Positions 1 through 28,476 are shown, counted from the stretch's first letter. The stretch: 64,000 nucleotides of DNA from Chrysomallon squamiferum (GCA_012295275.1 CM022665.1:15996001-16060000), one strand, 5' to 3'. The notes: a model not told the origin generated them from the letters alone. Numbers and translations: made by a program.

Positions 1-120
1 TATTTTTCAGGTTCCTCAAAAAAAAACAAACAAAAAAAACCAACAACAAATATTACAAATAAAAATTAAAAAAATTAAAAAAATTAAAATAACTAAAATA
101 AAAATAAAAATAAATAAATA

Positions 121-166
<46 letters not shown>

Positions 167-1607
167 GGTGTGTATATATATAATGTATTTATTTATTTGT
201 TTGTTTGTTTTATTTATTTTAATATTTATTTTTATTTACATTTTTTTTTTTTTTTTATTTTATTTATTTATTTATTTATTTAATTATTTTTCTTTTTTTT
301 TTTTTCTTTGAGGAATCTGCTGTCGTATTTTTGCCATCATCGTCGTCGTCAGCCTCCTCCTCTTCATCATCATCATACTTATTATCACTACCATCATCAA
401 CGTCATCATTATCATCATCATCATCATCATGTTGTTTTCTAATGTTGTTATGTATTACTGAAGATATGGTCCTGCAGTAAATTTTGCATTAACTGTTCAA
501 ACCATTTTTGTTATATTTCACTTTAACCAGGGATAAATTATACCAGTGATACAAGTCTCTATTTATCCATGAAATATTTTTATTAATTTATTAATATATC
601 GTCTTCTTATTATCATCATCATCATCATCATCATTCATCATCATCATTCATTCAGTCAGTCATATGCCAGATAAAATAAAAATATTATTTTTGGGATAAA
701 CATAGCTGAAATAATTTTGGTACGATGTTTATAAATTTGAAGTTATTTTTTCTTCAAAATTCAGTGCAGGTATATTATTGTTATTAATTCTATTAAACAA
801 CAAAAAATTAAGCAAATGCAAATTTACACGACTTTTTATGAAAAGCAACACTTCAAGCCAATTTAGAAAATTTTATTCATTTTGTAAAAGTAAACTGTAC
901 AAAAGACTAACAAAATCAAATATTGAATTGTTAATCCATTGAAATAATAAGTTTGAACATATTTGAGCTTATCTTTGAAATAATGGGTAACAATATAAAT
1001 AAACGTTATTATTATTTTTACATTTAATAACATTATTTATGAAAACTGACAACAAAAATATTTACAAACAAAATATGAATATATATACAGATAGATAGAT
1101 AGATAGATAGATAGAGAGATAGATAGATAGATAGAAAGATGTTAATAATAATGAAATAAAGTAAAATTAGTGAAATACTAAACTAATAATTAAATAATAA
1201 TACTATCATCAAATAATTAATTAATACTAAGTTAGTATTAACAATTGTATAAGCAGGTTAATCAATTACGTTAATAAATTATATGAAACGATTTCAGTCC
1301 AAATTATGTATATATATCTATGGATGCATATATGTATATGTTTGTATGTATATATATGTATGTATGTACGTATATCTGTATATGCTTGTAAATATGTATA
1401 TATGTATGAATATTTGTATGTACCTGAGCGGATGTATCTATGAATATATGCATGCATGTATGTATGTACGTATGTATGTATCTATGTACGTATGTAATTT
1501 AGTGTGTATGTATATATCTTAAAGTAGCTGATACAGTTTTAACATAATATACTACATGTATGATATAAACATACATGGAAGGGGATATACATATAGATAA
1601 TTTGTAT

Positions 1608-16017
<14,410 letters not shown>

Positions 16018-16548
16018 GACGGATTTTACAGCAAACTAAACGAGAATTCATATTCTGAAAACAGAAATGCCAACCAGACAAGGACCTGCATCCGCCGAGT
16101 TAAATTACATTCAGGATGTCGATCTCATTCGACTCGGTCGACTGTCGCTAGCAGAGGGGTCTCTGGCCGCTATGTTTGCGACGCACCCCGGTGGTGGAGA
16201 GTAAAGCAGGAAGAATAGAGCTGTAGCGCCATGTTTGAGTTGCACTGTGCACTTGAGTTAATGCCGGTATAAACGTAATTTTGCGGAAGCGTATCATTGA
16301 AATGATGAAACAGAGTGAACTAAGAGATTGTTGTTAATGTTTACAGGTGTCATGTAACTTTGATGAGAGGCGTAATTCCCAAGTGAAATCTGAAATTTTA
16401 AATATATCTTTATTAATAAATATATTTTTTCCTTTTTCTTTTTTCTTAAATATATACATATATTTAAAAAAAAGAAATAAAAAAAGTAATAATAATTTTA
16501 AAAAATAATATAATAAAATAAAACAAAATAAATAAATAAAAATAGATA

Positions 16549-16648
<100 letters not shown>

Positions 16649-16764
16649 GTCATCATCATCATAATCATTATTATAGATTATTGTCATCGTTTAGTTATTT
16701 ATTTATTGTCTTCCTTTTTATCATTATCGTTATTTAATGTTTTCCCTAATTTATTTTGTTTTTA

Positions 16765-16826
<62 letters not shown>

Positions 16827-17760
16827 TAACGCATGTGTTACTGCGTGGGTGTATGATATTTACAGTCTATTATTATTGTAAATTTTATTTTATATTTTTA
16901 AAAGAAAATAATAGAGATCCGTATTTGGTAATACGGTCTTAAGACTTGTAATGAATAATTTAAATTTAATATATTACATTTTTAACAAATTTGTCAAGGA
17001 TTTACGTTCATTACAAATAACTTTTTATGCTGTTTACCAGAGATCGAGCATTTCAAGTGCACAACACCACTTCCTGTTATTTATAGTGACGGACGTTATT
17101 CATTATGTTTTGCATGTCGTTGTCGTCGTTATCATAATCATAATCATCATCATCCGCATCATCATCATCTTCGTCATAATAACACTTATCATTATGGTCG
17201 TCGTTATCATCATAATAATCATCGTCAACGATTTCATCATTATTATCTTGATTATTACCTCAACACTTCGTCGTCGTTATAATAATAATAATAATAATAA
17301 TAATAATTATTATTATTATTATTATAAATCATCATCAATGTTGTCGTGGTCCTCATCGTAATGATAATTGTTGTGCTCGTCGTCGTCACCATGGTAACAC
17401 TTCTGCTGTTTAATCGTCACGATCGTCGTCGTCATTGTTATATTAATAACCATGGCAGTCGTCGTCATTTTCACCTTCATCATTGTCAGCGCTTCATAAC
17501 ATTCCGAAGGAAAAAAGATAACTATAACAACAACAAAAAAAAGAAAAGAAAAAGAAACCATAAAGATGATTGATGAAAATGAAGAAGGTCATAAATTTTA
17601 AAATAGATAAAAGAAAACGAAGATGATAATGAAGAAAAGTAGAAAAATAGCATAATAATGATAATGTTTGCGAAGAATAAGATGCTAATGAGGTTGGTGA
17701 AGAAGAAGATTTGGAGGAAGATGATGATAATGAAATAATAACGATGAAGATGATAATAAC

Positions 17761-17795
<35 letters not shown>

Positions 17796-18011
17796 GACAA
17801 TGATACAACAGTAATTAAAAACGTATAGTGATTATCATCATCAGCAGCAATAGGAAGTATTATCTGGTTAATGATATGTCTAACAAACACAACGCTCACG
17901 AAGTTCGAATATTTACCTTTTGGTGTTTTCTTTCTTTCAACAGAATTTGCTGCACAGATTAGGTTTTTCGATAATGTGTAATGTTCAACCAACTCTTTGA
18001 TTTTTTTAAAC

Positions 18012-18081
<70 letters not shown>

Positions 18082-18184
18082 ACACATTTACACATGTATC
18101 CTTTCCATTAGTTTTTCTAGACGCTCTTTTTAATACTCTTTCTTATTTATTGTTGTTTTTCTGTCATTCTAAGAGCACTTGTCG

Positions 18185-18227
<43 letters not shown>

Positions 18228-18922
18228 CTCCTTTTCTCTCTATTCGTCATATAATTCTATTTATATCGCTGTCGACACGTTCATTTATTCATTTATTTCA
18301 AAAATCGCTGAATCTAAAATGAGCAATAAACGTCATCTATCATCTAACTGATAGCCCATGTCAGGTTTTCCTAGTAGGTCCGGAAATACTTAAAAATAAG
18401 AGTCAATGAACAGTTACATTGCCAAAGAGAAAGTAGCAACTTGAAAAAAAACTAAAACAAAATAAAAAAATGAAATCGCAGAGACAGACGAATATAAGTG
18501 AAACACAAAACTAAGAGACTTGTTTTTTCCTCTTTGGATACAATTACTACAGTGATATTTCTCCAGCAGAATGATTTCCGTTATTGCAAGAAGGTTCAAT
18601 TCACTTTTTGTACTAACCGCATTTATTACGATACAATTTAAAAAATAAAAAATAAAATAATAATAATAATAATAATAATAATTTAAAAAAAACAATAAAT
18701 AAATAAAAAAATTGTTTTCAAAAATAAAAATAAATAAATAAAATAAAATTAAGATATAAAAAGCAAACAATAAAAATACGTGCACGTTTGTGTGTATCTA
18801 TGTATATATGTGTGTATATATATAATTATGTATGTGTGTATATGTATATGTATGTTAGTGTATGTGTGCATATACAAGTGAATAATTCGAAAAACAAAAT
18901 TCAGCATTTGAATGATTGTGGC

Positions 18923-18968
<46 letters not shown>

Positions 18969-19052
18969 GTAATAAGAAGAAGAAGAAGAAAAATTAGTTA
19001 TCCACTCAACCATTATCCTCGTGTGGTTAGGGAATATACGTCAAATCATTGA

Positions 19053-19060
19053 TGACGTCA
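19053..19060. promoter_or_regulatory. Canonical CRE palindrome (TGACGTCA) upstream of a putative non-coding first exon of the 130-aa gene
   Basis: Perfect TGACGTCA at 19053-19060 with a half-site TACGTCA just upstream; donor AAG|GTAAGG at ~19134 and acceptor TCTCTACAG| at 19919, 4 nt before the ATG. Confidence 0.45.
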
Positions 19061-19189
19061 TAATTTAACCACCAGTTAAACAGCTGATTAAACAAACTTG
19101 AAATATTTCTCCTAAACCCATAGGTTTTTAAAAGGTAAGGAGTTTATTTACTCATAATTTATTTCACTTTTGACATTTGCTTCACGACT

Positions 19190-19229
<40 letters not shown>

Positions 19230-19860
19230 ATTAAACAATAGGAACAGCAGGTTTCGATTTTGTCATATTATGAAACACACGTGAAAATAACCATTAATAT
19301 TAAAATGAGCTGAAGGTATAACAATAAATTATTATTATTATTATAATTATTAGCATCATCATCATCATCATCATCATCATTGGTGATGTTGTTGGGCTTG
19401 TTGTTATTTATTTATTTATTTACTTATTTAATTATTTATAATACTCAGTAAATGTAAGTGAGAAAGCAAAGGGGCGCTACTCTCAAGTGTTTTACCATTA
19501 AATATTACGAAAAAAAATTCATAAATCACCGGCTGTTATATATAATATATTTTTCTGAAAAATATTTGAATTATTATAAATCTGCAAATAATCTACATGT
19601 TGATAGAAACACAAACATATAGATACACATAATTACACGTACTCATGTACATTAATAACAAACCACAACAACCGCAATAACCACAATAATGATAACAACA
19701 AAGCAACGACGACAACAACAACAACAACGACATATGTACGTTTATAAGGATAGAGAAATTAGACTGAAGGATGAACTAGAGAGTGAGTAACTAGTTTTGG
19801 ACTTATATACATAAATTAGTAATAATAAAAAATATATTAAATAATATAACAAATAATATA

Positions 19861-19898
<38 letters not shown>

Positions 19899-19923
19899 TT
19901 AATTCATTTATCTCTACAGCAAA

Positions 19924-20316
19924 ATGAAGGTATACGTCTGGATGCCTAAAGATGACCTAGTTGGTCACGCATCTCTTAGACTGTCTAACGGTACTTACAT
20001 CAGCTGGTGGCCTGATGAAACAAAGAACAAAGACTTACCGTTAGTTACAATGAAAGCTCGTTTCAGCACAAGTCTTGCACGTGACGTTACTAGCGAAGGC
20101 CGCCGTCCCACCCACGTCTTTAACATAAAAAGAAGATGCCGTGAAACGAAAATTAAAAAATGGTGGAACACATACAAGAAAGAGGGGTCATACGTTTTAG
20201 GAACAACCAATTGTTGTTGGGTTGTTTACAAGGCCCTCACAATTGGTGGCGCTCCCTCAAAAGTGTGCATGTTGTGGCGGCCATGTGACATCAAAGAATA
20301 TTGTGAAGATCTCTAA
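19924..20316 (+). CDS. 130-aa circularly permuted papain-like (NlpC/P60; PPPDE/LRAT-like) putative thiol hydrolase, CDS in a single exon
   Basis: Complex non-repetitive ORF with good start context (CAAAATG) right after a splice acceptor. N-terminal beta strand plus His (VYVW..VGHASL) and downstream YxLxxxNC (YVLGTTNCC) give the His-before-Cys order of permuted NlpC/P60 folds. AATAAA at ~20470. Confidence 0.75.
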   Translation: MKVYVWMPKDDLVGHASLRLSNGTYISWWPDETKNKDLPLVTMKARFSTSLARDVTSEGRRPTHVFNIKRRCRETKIKKWWNTYKKEGSYVLGTTNCCWVVYKALTIGGAPSKVCMLWRPCDIKEYCEDL

Positions 20317-21047
20317 AAAATGTATAGTTATCGCGTGAAGGGTTAGATCACGTGATTTTGTTTACACCATCGTGGCTAGAGTTTCTTTTTATGTTGATGC
20401 AGATTTGTATGATACAGTTTTTAAAAAACGTTTTAAAACTCCTAATTTCGTGTAAAATCATGTATTTAAAATAAAATTTATATATGTTTTATTTTTAAGG
20501 AGATTTCCGAGTTTCAAAGTTTTGAAGCCTTCATTGATTATTATTATTGTTTTCAGAACTATTTACAAATATTGACGGTATTATTATTATTACTTTTTAT
20601 CTAAATGTTGTTTTATCGTTGAAATGGAAATTTCATTTTAGATCAAAATTATGTGGGTTTTTTCAAGATTTCCAGTGCCTAAAATTATATTTATTAGATT
20701 TCCAGTGGAGATATATCTATTTCTAGTTATATTTAATTTTTTGTTGAAGTTTAAAAACATTTTTAATAATAATGAACGAGGCACATGAAACAGCATGTAC
20801 GAATACATTTTTGTAGAATATATTTATTATTACCTGTTAATATATGTGATGTAAATATGTATATATACTTTATACTAACCTTTTCTACTAAACACGTATT
20901 AACCTTTTTATAATAAAATGATTTAATAATAATCTGTGTTCTTGCTATTTGACAATCAAACACGTTATACTGCTACTGGTATTACTATTATTACTACTGC
21001 AACAACCACCACCATTACTCCTGCTGCTGCCGTTGCTGCTACTACTG

Positions 21048-21095
<48 letters not shown>

Positions 21096-21134
21096 TTTTA
21101 CTATTGCTCTTACCACAGCTATTAATAATGATAT

Positions 21135-21229
<95 letters not shown>

Positions 21230-21800
21230 ACGACTTGAAACTATCTACTGGTTCAATAAATATATATATATATCTCAGCACATCTACGCACTTGTTAACC
21301 AGGCTTTCTGTCTATAAGTTTATATTAAGCACATGACATTATTCTTTGTCATGCAAGCCGCGTTTGAAGAATGAAGACCTGACTTTTATTATGTAATTGC
21401 TATGATTGCTTTAGAACGAGAGACACATGTAAGTATAGGTCCATTAATCAACATGTCTCTACTGGAAACAGGATCAGGAGACAATGACACAAGCTGTCAT
21501 TTAAAATACACCAAGAATCTCACCTAGTGTCATTTTCTCCTATATTTATTGCGTATTTATTATGATTGCTTTACAGGTATATTTATCTTAAAAGGTGTCG
21601 TGTTTTCCGTTAAAAAAAAAAAAAAAAGCTGACTTAAAATAACTTTGATCGTACATTGCTGATCGTAGACACTCTGGGAGACTTCAGTTCGGAGTTAATA
21701 ACTGTTAATCTGTGTTTGTGAACTGGTGTGTTCTATACAGCACGCAGATTTCTCAATATGGAATAGCTGGTATCTTGTAGTTGGGGTATTATTATTAAAG

Positions 21801-22987
21801 ATGTATATTACCACCATCCTCTTCGTTTTTCTTATCTGGAATTTAGCGGTCACAAACAGCACAAGTAAGTTTTACAGTTTCGTTATTCATTTAGTAGTCA
21901 TTTCTGTTTGCTAATATTAATTCAGTTTTTTACAAATCAGCAGCACGCTAGATGTCCACCGACGACAACTGTTGTTGTGATAACGAATTATTTAGTATAC
22001 GTTCAGTTAAGCAACCAACAGTCAAACGTTTCGTGTTAGAGGTGACAGCCCCAGACATAATTTACAAACGATTTATTTATTTTCTAACTCTCTGTATAAC
22101 CCATTTAGTTTAAATTTTGCAAAGCCATTTCATACAAGATCAAATATAATATCACGTGATATTATTAACATTTAAAAAAAAAAGTATTTGCTCTTTCTTT
22201 TTTTTTTTTTTTTTTTTTTTTTAATTTTAAAGAAATTTGCAGATGTTAAAAGTGTAAACTCCTAAGATTATTAATTTATTTGTTTGTTTGTTTGTTTATT
22301 TATTTATATAATTCGTCTTATAGTTTTATCATATTAAATTTCAGAGCGCATTAATTTGTAAATATTTATTTATTTATTTGTTTGTTTGTTTGTTTGTTTA
22401 AAATATACCTGACAGAGATATTTATCACGGGTTTATCATGTTTGATGCATAAAATCCTCAGCTTCCATCGTTCTGTCGTCCAGCTGTCTTTTTATTTGTA
22501 TTTCTCGCTTTGAGTTTTTCTAACTGAGGGTAAATATGTTTTTAATTAGTATAACGTAGTTCTGAATTAAGAAATTTGTTTATTTATTTATTTATTTATT
22601 TATTTTGTTTGTTCGTTTGTATGTTTTTCATAAAGACCAAATTTAGTTAATAATACAGTATGGCAATAATGCACAGAGGCTTATTATTATTATTTTTTTT
22701 TTTTTTTTTTTTTTTGAATTTTGAGATGTTATTTGTTATATAGAAATAAAACAAATATGCCAGTACTGTATTAATTTAGATACCTATAAATGTCAAGCTT
22801 GGTATATCTTAAAATCTGTAACGGAAAATAACAAAATTGTAGTATCCATGAATATGCTTATTTTTTGCCAAATTTTATTATTAACAAGGAACTTTACTGA
22901 CACTCAGAAATAATTGAATCGATCTAATGCATGCATACATACATACATACATACATACATACATACATACATACATACATACATACA

Positions 22988-23039
<52 letters not shown>

Positions 23040-24183
23040 CACTCATGTACAATGTATTTAGTCATATTCTTCAGTCTTACAGCCGTTCTGACTGCTTTGT
23101 CGGGTCTGCTGTCAAAATCAGTGTTTATAGTTTATTTACTTTAAGCCGTGTGGCTCATAAACATACAAATATATACAGTATCAGACAATATACATATATA
23201 AATAATAATCAACATAAACACAAATAACTGGATGTGTATACATGTTGCGATCTTAAATGTAATGCATGTTTTAAATTCAACAGACAGTAATTGTATTAAT
23301 TTAAGTACAGACGGTATTAACCAGTAGTATTTTTTAGTTCAAAATACAATACGCGAATACGATGGACACATTAAAATAAAATGAAATTCATCTACACTGT
23401 TACACAGATTACACATACAACATTTTCAGTTACACATTAGAAATTGTTCAATTAGTAATTTGTGCGATGAAACACGAAATTGTGTTATAAGAGATGAATA
23501 AGAAATAGGTAATGATATCCTCAGATAATATTATAAACAAAAAGTATCTGTTAAACAGTTTGCCTATTTGTTGATTACAGTGATCTGACAGACGCGAGCT
23601 AACTCTTTTTATAAATATTACATAATTATCAACTTGCTATTTAAACCAAATCCAAAAGAAAATAATAAATGTTTTACACGGTGTAGTTCGTTAAAAGATT
23701 CATCATCATATATTGATTCCAAGATACAATTATTCGTCTTTAAAAGCTTCAACCAATATTCAACAATTCTAACTTCACGCACTGCATGTGGAGACACTCT
23801 TCCTAATTCCGTCAACACAGCTGTATTCATTGCACCTTTTTTCACATTCAATATCATTTTACAAACATTTATATAAACTTTTTCTAAATCATGAATTTGG
23901 TGAAAACCCCATACTTAACAACCATAACTGAACAGTCTAGATATGTAAGTATCAGAAATATGTAGCTATGTTTTCTTGTTAAGATACAGGTTATTCCACA
24001 GTCTGAGAATGTGACCCATGGTGTTTCTACTTTGAAAAGCAATTAATTTTTGAGTATTTGTAAATTTTCCATTGCATTTTAACATTAATCCAAGATAATT
24101 AAAACTATCAACCACTTGGATTATATTATTATTGTAAATCCATTTGTCTTTAATGGTAATTTTCCCCTTGATTCTGAAAATAT

Positions 24184-24240
<57 letters not shown>

Positions 24241-26136
24241 AACACATACATACATATATAAACACACACACACCTTTTGCACACCATCAACAATCTCTGA
24301 AAGAAACAGTGAATTGTGTTGTATATGCATCGGCTCATTAAAACTTTTTATGCACTCATTCTCAGAATCATTTACATACAATAAAAACAAAGGTGGTGAC
24401 AAGGATTGGCCGTGCAGAAGTCCTCTGTTACTCATGAAAAAGTAACACAATTTTGCACATCCTTATAACTTTATACATATGTTTAATAATTGTCCTTGTG
24501 ATACCGTTTCAGGCTAATTTAAATAACAGTTTATACCTATTACCATATCTATCACTTTCCAGTCTAAGATATTTTCTTTTTACATATCATTTGTATTTCG
24601 TCTACTGGCGTTTAACATCACATAAACATTGTCTATGAAATAATGGTTTTGCAAAATCTACAAATACACTTATTTTGTTGCTATACTTTATCATTAACAA
24701 AGACTAGTACCGACTCAAATAACTGAATCTGATATATACGCACAGACACAAAATAACAAAACAAAAAACAAAACAAAATAAAATAAAAACATACAGATAC
24801 ACATGTACAATGTATTTAGCACTTATTTACACTTTAAAAGTCATATTCATCAGAGTCTTACAGTCGTTCTGACTGCTTTGTCGGGTCTGGTGTCGAGGGT
24901 GATGATGTTCAAGAGTCCGGAGATGATTTTGGCGATCGCAGAGAGCGTATGTGGAGCGATTATGCCGAAGGAAGAAAAAACACAAAACAGAAAATCGGAA
25001 GAAGCGAGAGCGAACATGAAAACGAAGAAGAAGATGATGATGCCGGTGAGGATGAAGGAGAAGAATTCGAGTACGAGGATCGGAAGAAACGTTCTTCATT
25101 CTCGATCAGCGATTCTAAACCTGAGCAGTCTGTGAATATCACTGGGAAATTAATGTGTAGAGGAGGTTCCAGAGAAATCATTCACGTGACTCGAGTTGTT
25201 GTAGGAGTGTCGTCTGCTGGTTGGTGCAGCAGCAGAAACAAACGCTGCACAGAAGTAATCGACAATCACCCGCTAATGTTCTCATGTGAGGGAGAGGACG
25301 AGTCATGTGACGTCTCTATGGAACGAATACAAATACCCGGCTGTAAAAAACTTACCAACTTTGTTCAAGTGGATTATGAATGTCTGCCAGGTAAAGTATT
25401 AATAATGCTTTTAATAAAGTATTTATATTTGTATATATCACTGTTTTCGTATAGAATTATGTTTGTGCGTCTTTAACATAAAAACATTTATAATCCTGTA
25501 ATTCTTGAACTAAATGTGTGTGTTAATTAAATACAAATTCGCGTGTTAATTAAACACAAATTCGCTATATAACAGCAGAACTATTTATTTCAATTATATT
25601 TATATATATATATTTTAAAAGATTTCATTCTTCATTGTGATTTTATTTATTTTCAGATGATTCCAGACTGGATATTTGCCATTTCGCAGAAGTTGGAAGA
25701 GCTGATTCTGTCATAGTTACCTCTCCTGCGTATCCATGGGTTCCGCTGATGCATGATGGGGAATATCTAACTTGCGAATGCGAAATATCAACAGACGACC
25801 GATCTGTGATTACAATGGAATACATTCAGAGTGAAATGACGGGGCAGCTTTTGTCATGCGACGATGAATTTCTGTTAGTGGAAAAACGAGATCCGCGAAA
25901 CAAACGCAAGTTCAAGGTCGAAGATGAAATTTGTGGTTCGGTTCGTAAAGGAAGTCGTTCACTGGACGACAGTCTTATTCGTCTGACATACATGGCTGGC
26001 AAACCGAATTCAACGGATTCAAAACGAGGTTTTCTTGCAAAATTTAAAGGTTATAGTCTATTTCTAATCTGCAATTACTGCATTTTCTTAACAGCTTTTA
26101 TATAAACATGCATATACACATTCAAAATTCAGCATG

Positions 26137-26211
<75 letters not shown>

Positions 26212-27571
26212 TTGTGAATCGGATTAAAACATTATTTTAAAATAATATCCAGCACATTTACTCATCTGTGGTATTTTAACATTATTAAAAACTTTATTTC
26301 TTTATTCTTTTTATGTTTACGTCCAGCCTTGTCAAGAAATAGGAGACCCAGTAGGATTCAGATCAAATGCGAAGAGTTGTCGGATGACGACAACATGATC
26401 AACCAGATTGGAACAAACAACATCTACGATAGACCTGTTATGGATACATATATGACAGCCTCCAAGACCCCTGTTATAGATACATCTATGACAGCCTCTA
26501 CTAAGTAAGTCTTTTATTCTGGCGAAAGACAAGGTAAAGTAACAGACTACTGACAAAATTACTGTTAGAAAGAAGAGTATCTGCAATATTGAAGTACAAA
26601 TAAAATCGCGAAATTTAGAAACTAGAAACCTTTATGTAAATAATAATAATAATAATAATAATAACGTTTACCATCATCTAAAGCTAAATTAAAGATAAGT
26701 ATAACTTGTAATGATTTAGTTTCGTGAAACAAAACAATCATTATTATTATTTTTATTATTGCCTGCAATATTATTAATTTCAGAGTAGATAATTCAAAAC
26801 TGGTAAACAAAACACGGCCGGTAACGACAGCAACAACAACTGGACCTGCCATTGGTTCACCAGGAGGCGTAGGCGCTATTAAGGGTGGAGCAGCAGTAGC
26901 AATAATGGGTGGAGCCGACGAACATCAAACTCCGCCCACTGAATCGCATAGTGGTAAGTATGTAGGGCTACACTAACTTTCACCATTTATTTAGTTAAGA
27001 TAATTAAAACCGGAAAATCGCATATTGATAGGTGTTTATGCTGACTATTCCGGCAGCTTACGATTTTAAAGATGAAAACGACGCAATAATAATTAGATTT
27101 GTTTAATTCTATTCAAATTCATATTAATTTATATCACGATGGTAAATTTTAGAACATTATTAAATGTATCTGCTTTTAGAGTAAGTGAAGATGAAAGATT
27201 TAATAACTGATGTAAATAGGAATTTTACTTATTGTTCACATTAGCTGTTTATTTAAACATTTTTAGAACGATGCATCACTGACATTCCTATGGTTTCATT
27301 ATAAACGCACATTTTTTTTCTACGTAATTTTTTAAACTAACAATGTTTTAAACACTGATGTTTCTATTAGCTTACTAATAAAAACATAAATACACAAAAG
27401 TATAAAGACATCCACACGGACAAACGCCGATTTACATAATTATTCATCCATAAATGAAATATACTTCATCAATACATCCAAGTACTTTCAAATAAAAGTT
27501 GGTTTAATGACAGCACTACAGTGCATTGACTAATTTTCTATCTCTCTAGTTTTTATAATATTTATTCTTCA

Positions 27572-27610
<39 letters not shown>

Positions 27611-28476
27611 GAATTTTTTTTCTTCTTCTTCTTTTAATTAATTATAAACATTTGATATTATATAATGCATCTTTTCAATGACATAAAAGAAGGAATCCCA
27701 GTCGTACGACAAAGGCTCAAGTGGAGTATAGCTAAGTGCACGCCCAAAAAGCGACAGATCCTACGAGTCATCAGGCATCGAACTTACGTTTTAACATTTC
27801 AGCTTCAGCGTCGTTCAGTCACAATTTACTCTGGCTATACAGTTAACCATTATTTTGATTCCATTACATGTGGCTTGAAGACGAATAATTCCAGAGCATT
27901 TCTCTTCGTATTTTTCAGGTGTGCTGACAGGTGTCATTGCAAGTTTGGTGTCCGTCATTGTCATAATGGGTTCCTTAGCCATATATTTCATTCACTGGAG
28001 GTAAGCCAAAACGAGAGAGAGAGAGCAAATAAAGCAATAACTTAGAATTTTATAAGCGGATTAATGTAGCTATTTTATTAAATAACATATTAAATAACTT
28101 TACTTGTAGAAAACAACAAAAGCGAAAGAATAATTCTTCCAGGTCGATCAAATCGTACTTTTCCTGGTACAGAGACCCTGTTTATACTGACCCAGTGTAC
28201 ACAACTAGCAGCCGACCCCCAGATGTTCCTGACAAGAAACCTGTCGTCGACGTCAGCCATTATCAGGAAGTCTCCAAAATTAAGTCTCAGGAGTCTTCGG
28301 CTGTAATCGAGACTGCACCACCATTGCCACCGAAAGCTCCGCCGAGACGAAAGCGAAGTAGCTTCAATGAAGCTGTTGTGTATGACAATGCTCCTTTGAC
28401 TGTTGTCAGCACTGGAGCCAAGTGTCAAGAAGTAAACGAAGATACCAGCTGTTATGATAATATAACCGACATTTAA
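21801..28476 (+). CDS. Type I transmembrane protein: signal peptide, acidic insert plus SUEL/galactose-lectin-like domain, CUB-like domain, Thr/Gly stalk, TM, Tyr/Pro-motif tail; ~596 aa, 7 exons
   Basis: Phase-consistent exons: 21801-21864 (MYITTILFVFLIWNLAVTNST), 24854-25390 (SDCF..acidic..LMCRGGSREIIHVTRVVVG..C..C..SCEGEDESC..GC..TNFVQVDYEC), 25657-26049 (DIC..VTSPAYP..CEC..ICGS..RGFLAKF), 26327-26504, 26784-26953, 27919-28000 (TM VLTGVIASLVSVIVIMGSLAIYFI), 28110-28476 (RKQQKRK stop-transfer..YQEV..PPLPPK..YDN..YDNI*). 1791 nt open; AATAAA at ~28489. Confidence 0.85.
23130..24700 (-). mobile_element. Decayed, 5'-truncated non-LTR retrotransposon (LINE, CR1/L2-like clade) ORF2 remnant
   Basis: Minus-strand fragments: VFVDFAKP (~24665), RGLLHGQSLSPPLFLLYVND (RT GxxQGxxLSPxLF motif), VDSFNYLGL, ILNVKKGAMNTAVLTELGR, and C-terminal Zn-knuckle CNLCNSVDEFHFILMCP (~23365-23415). 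AATAAA near the 3' end (~23135). Broken by frameshifts and a (CA)n insertion. Confidence 0.85.

Noticed and set aside
27665-28045. 126-aa ORF in the receptor gene intron
   Set aside because: No recognisable motif; it overlaps the TM exon in a different frame.
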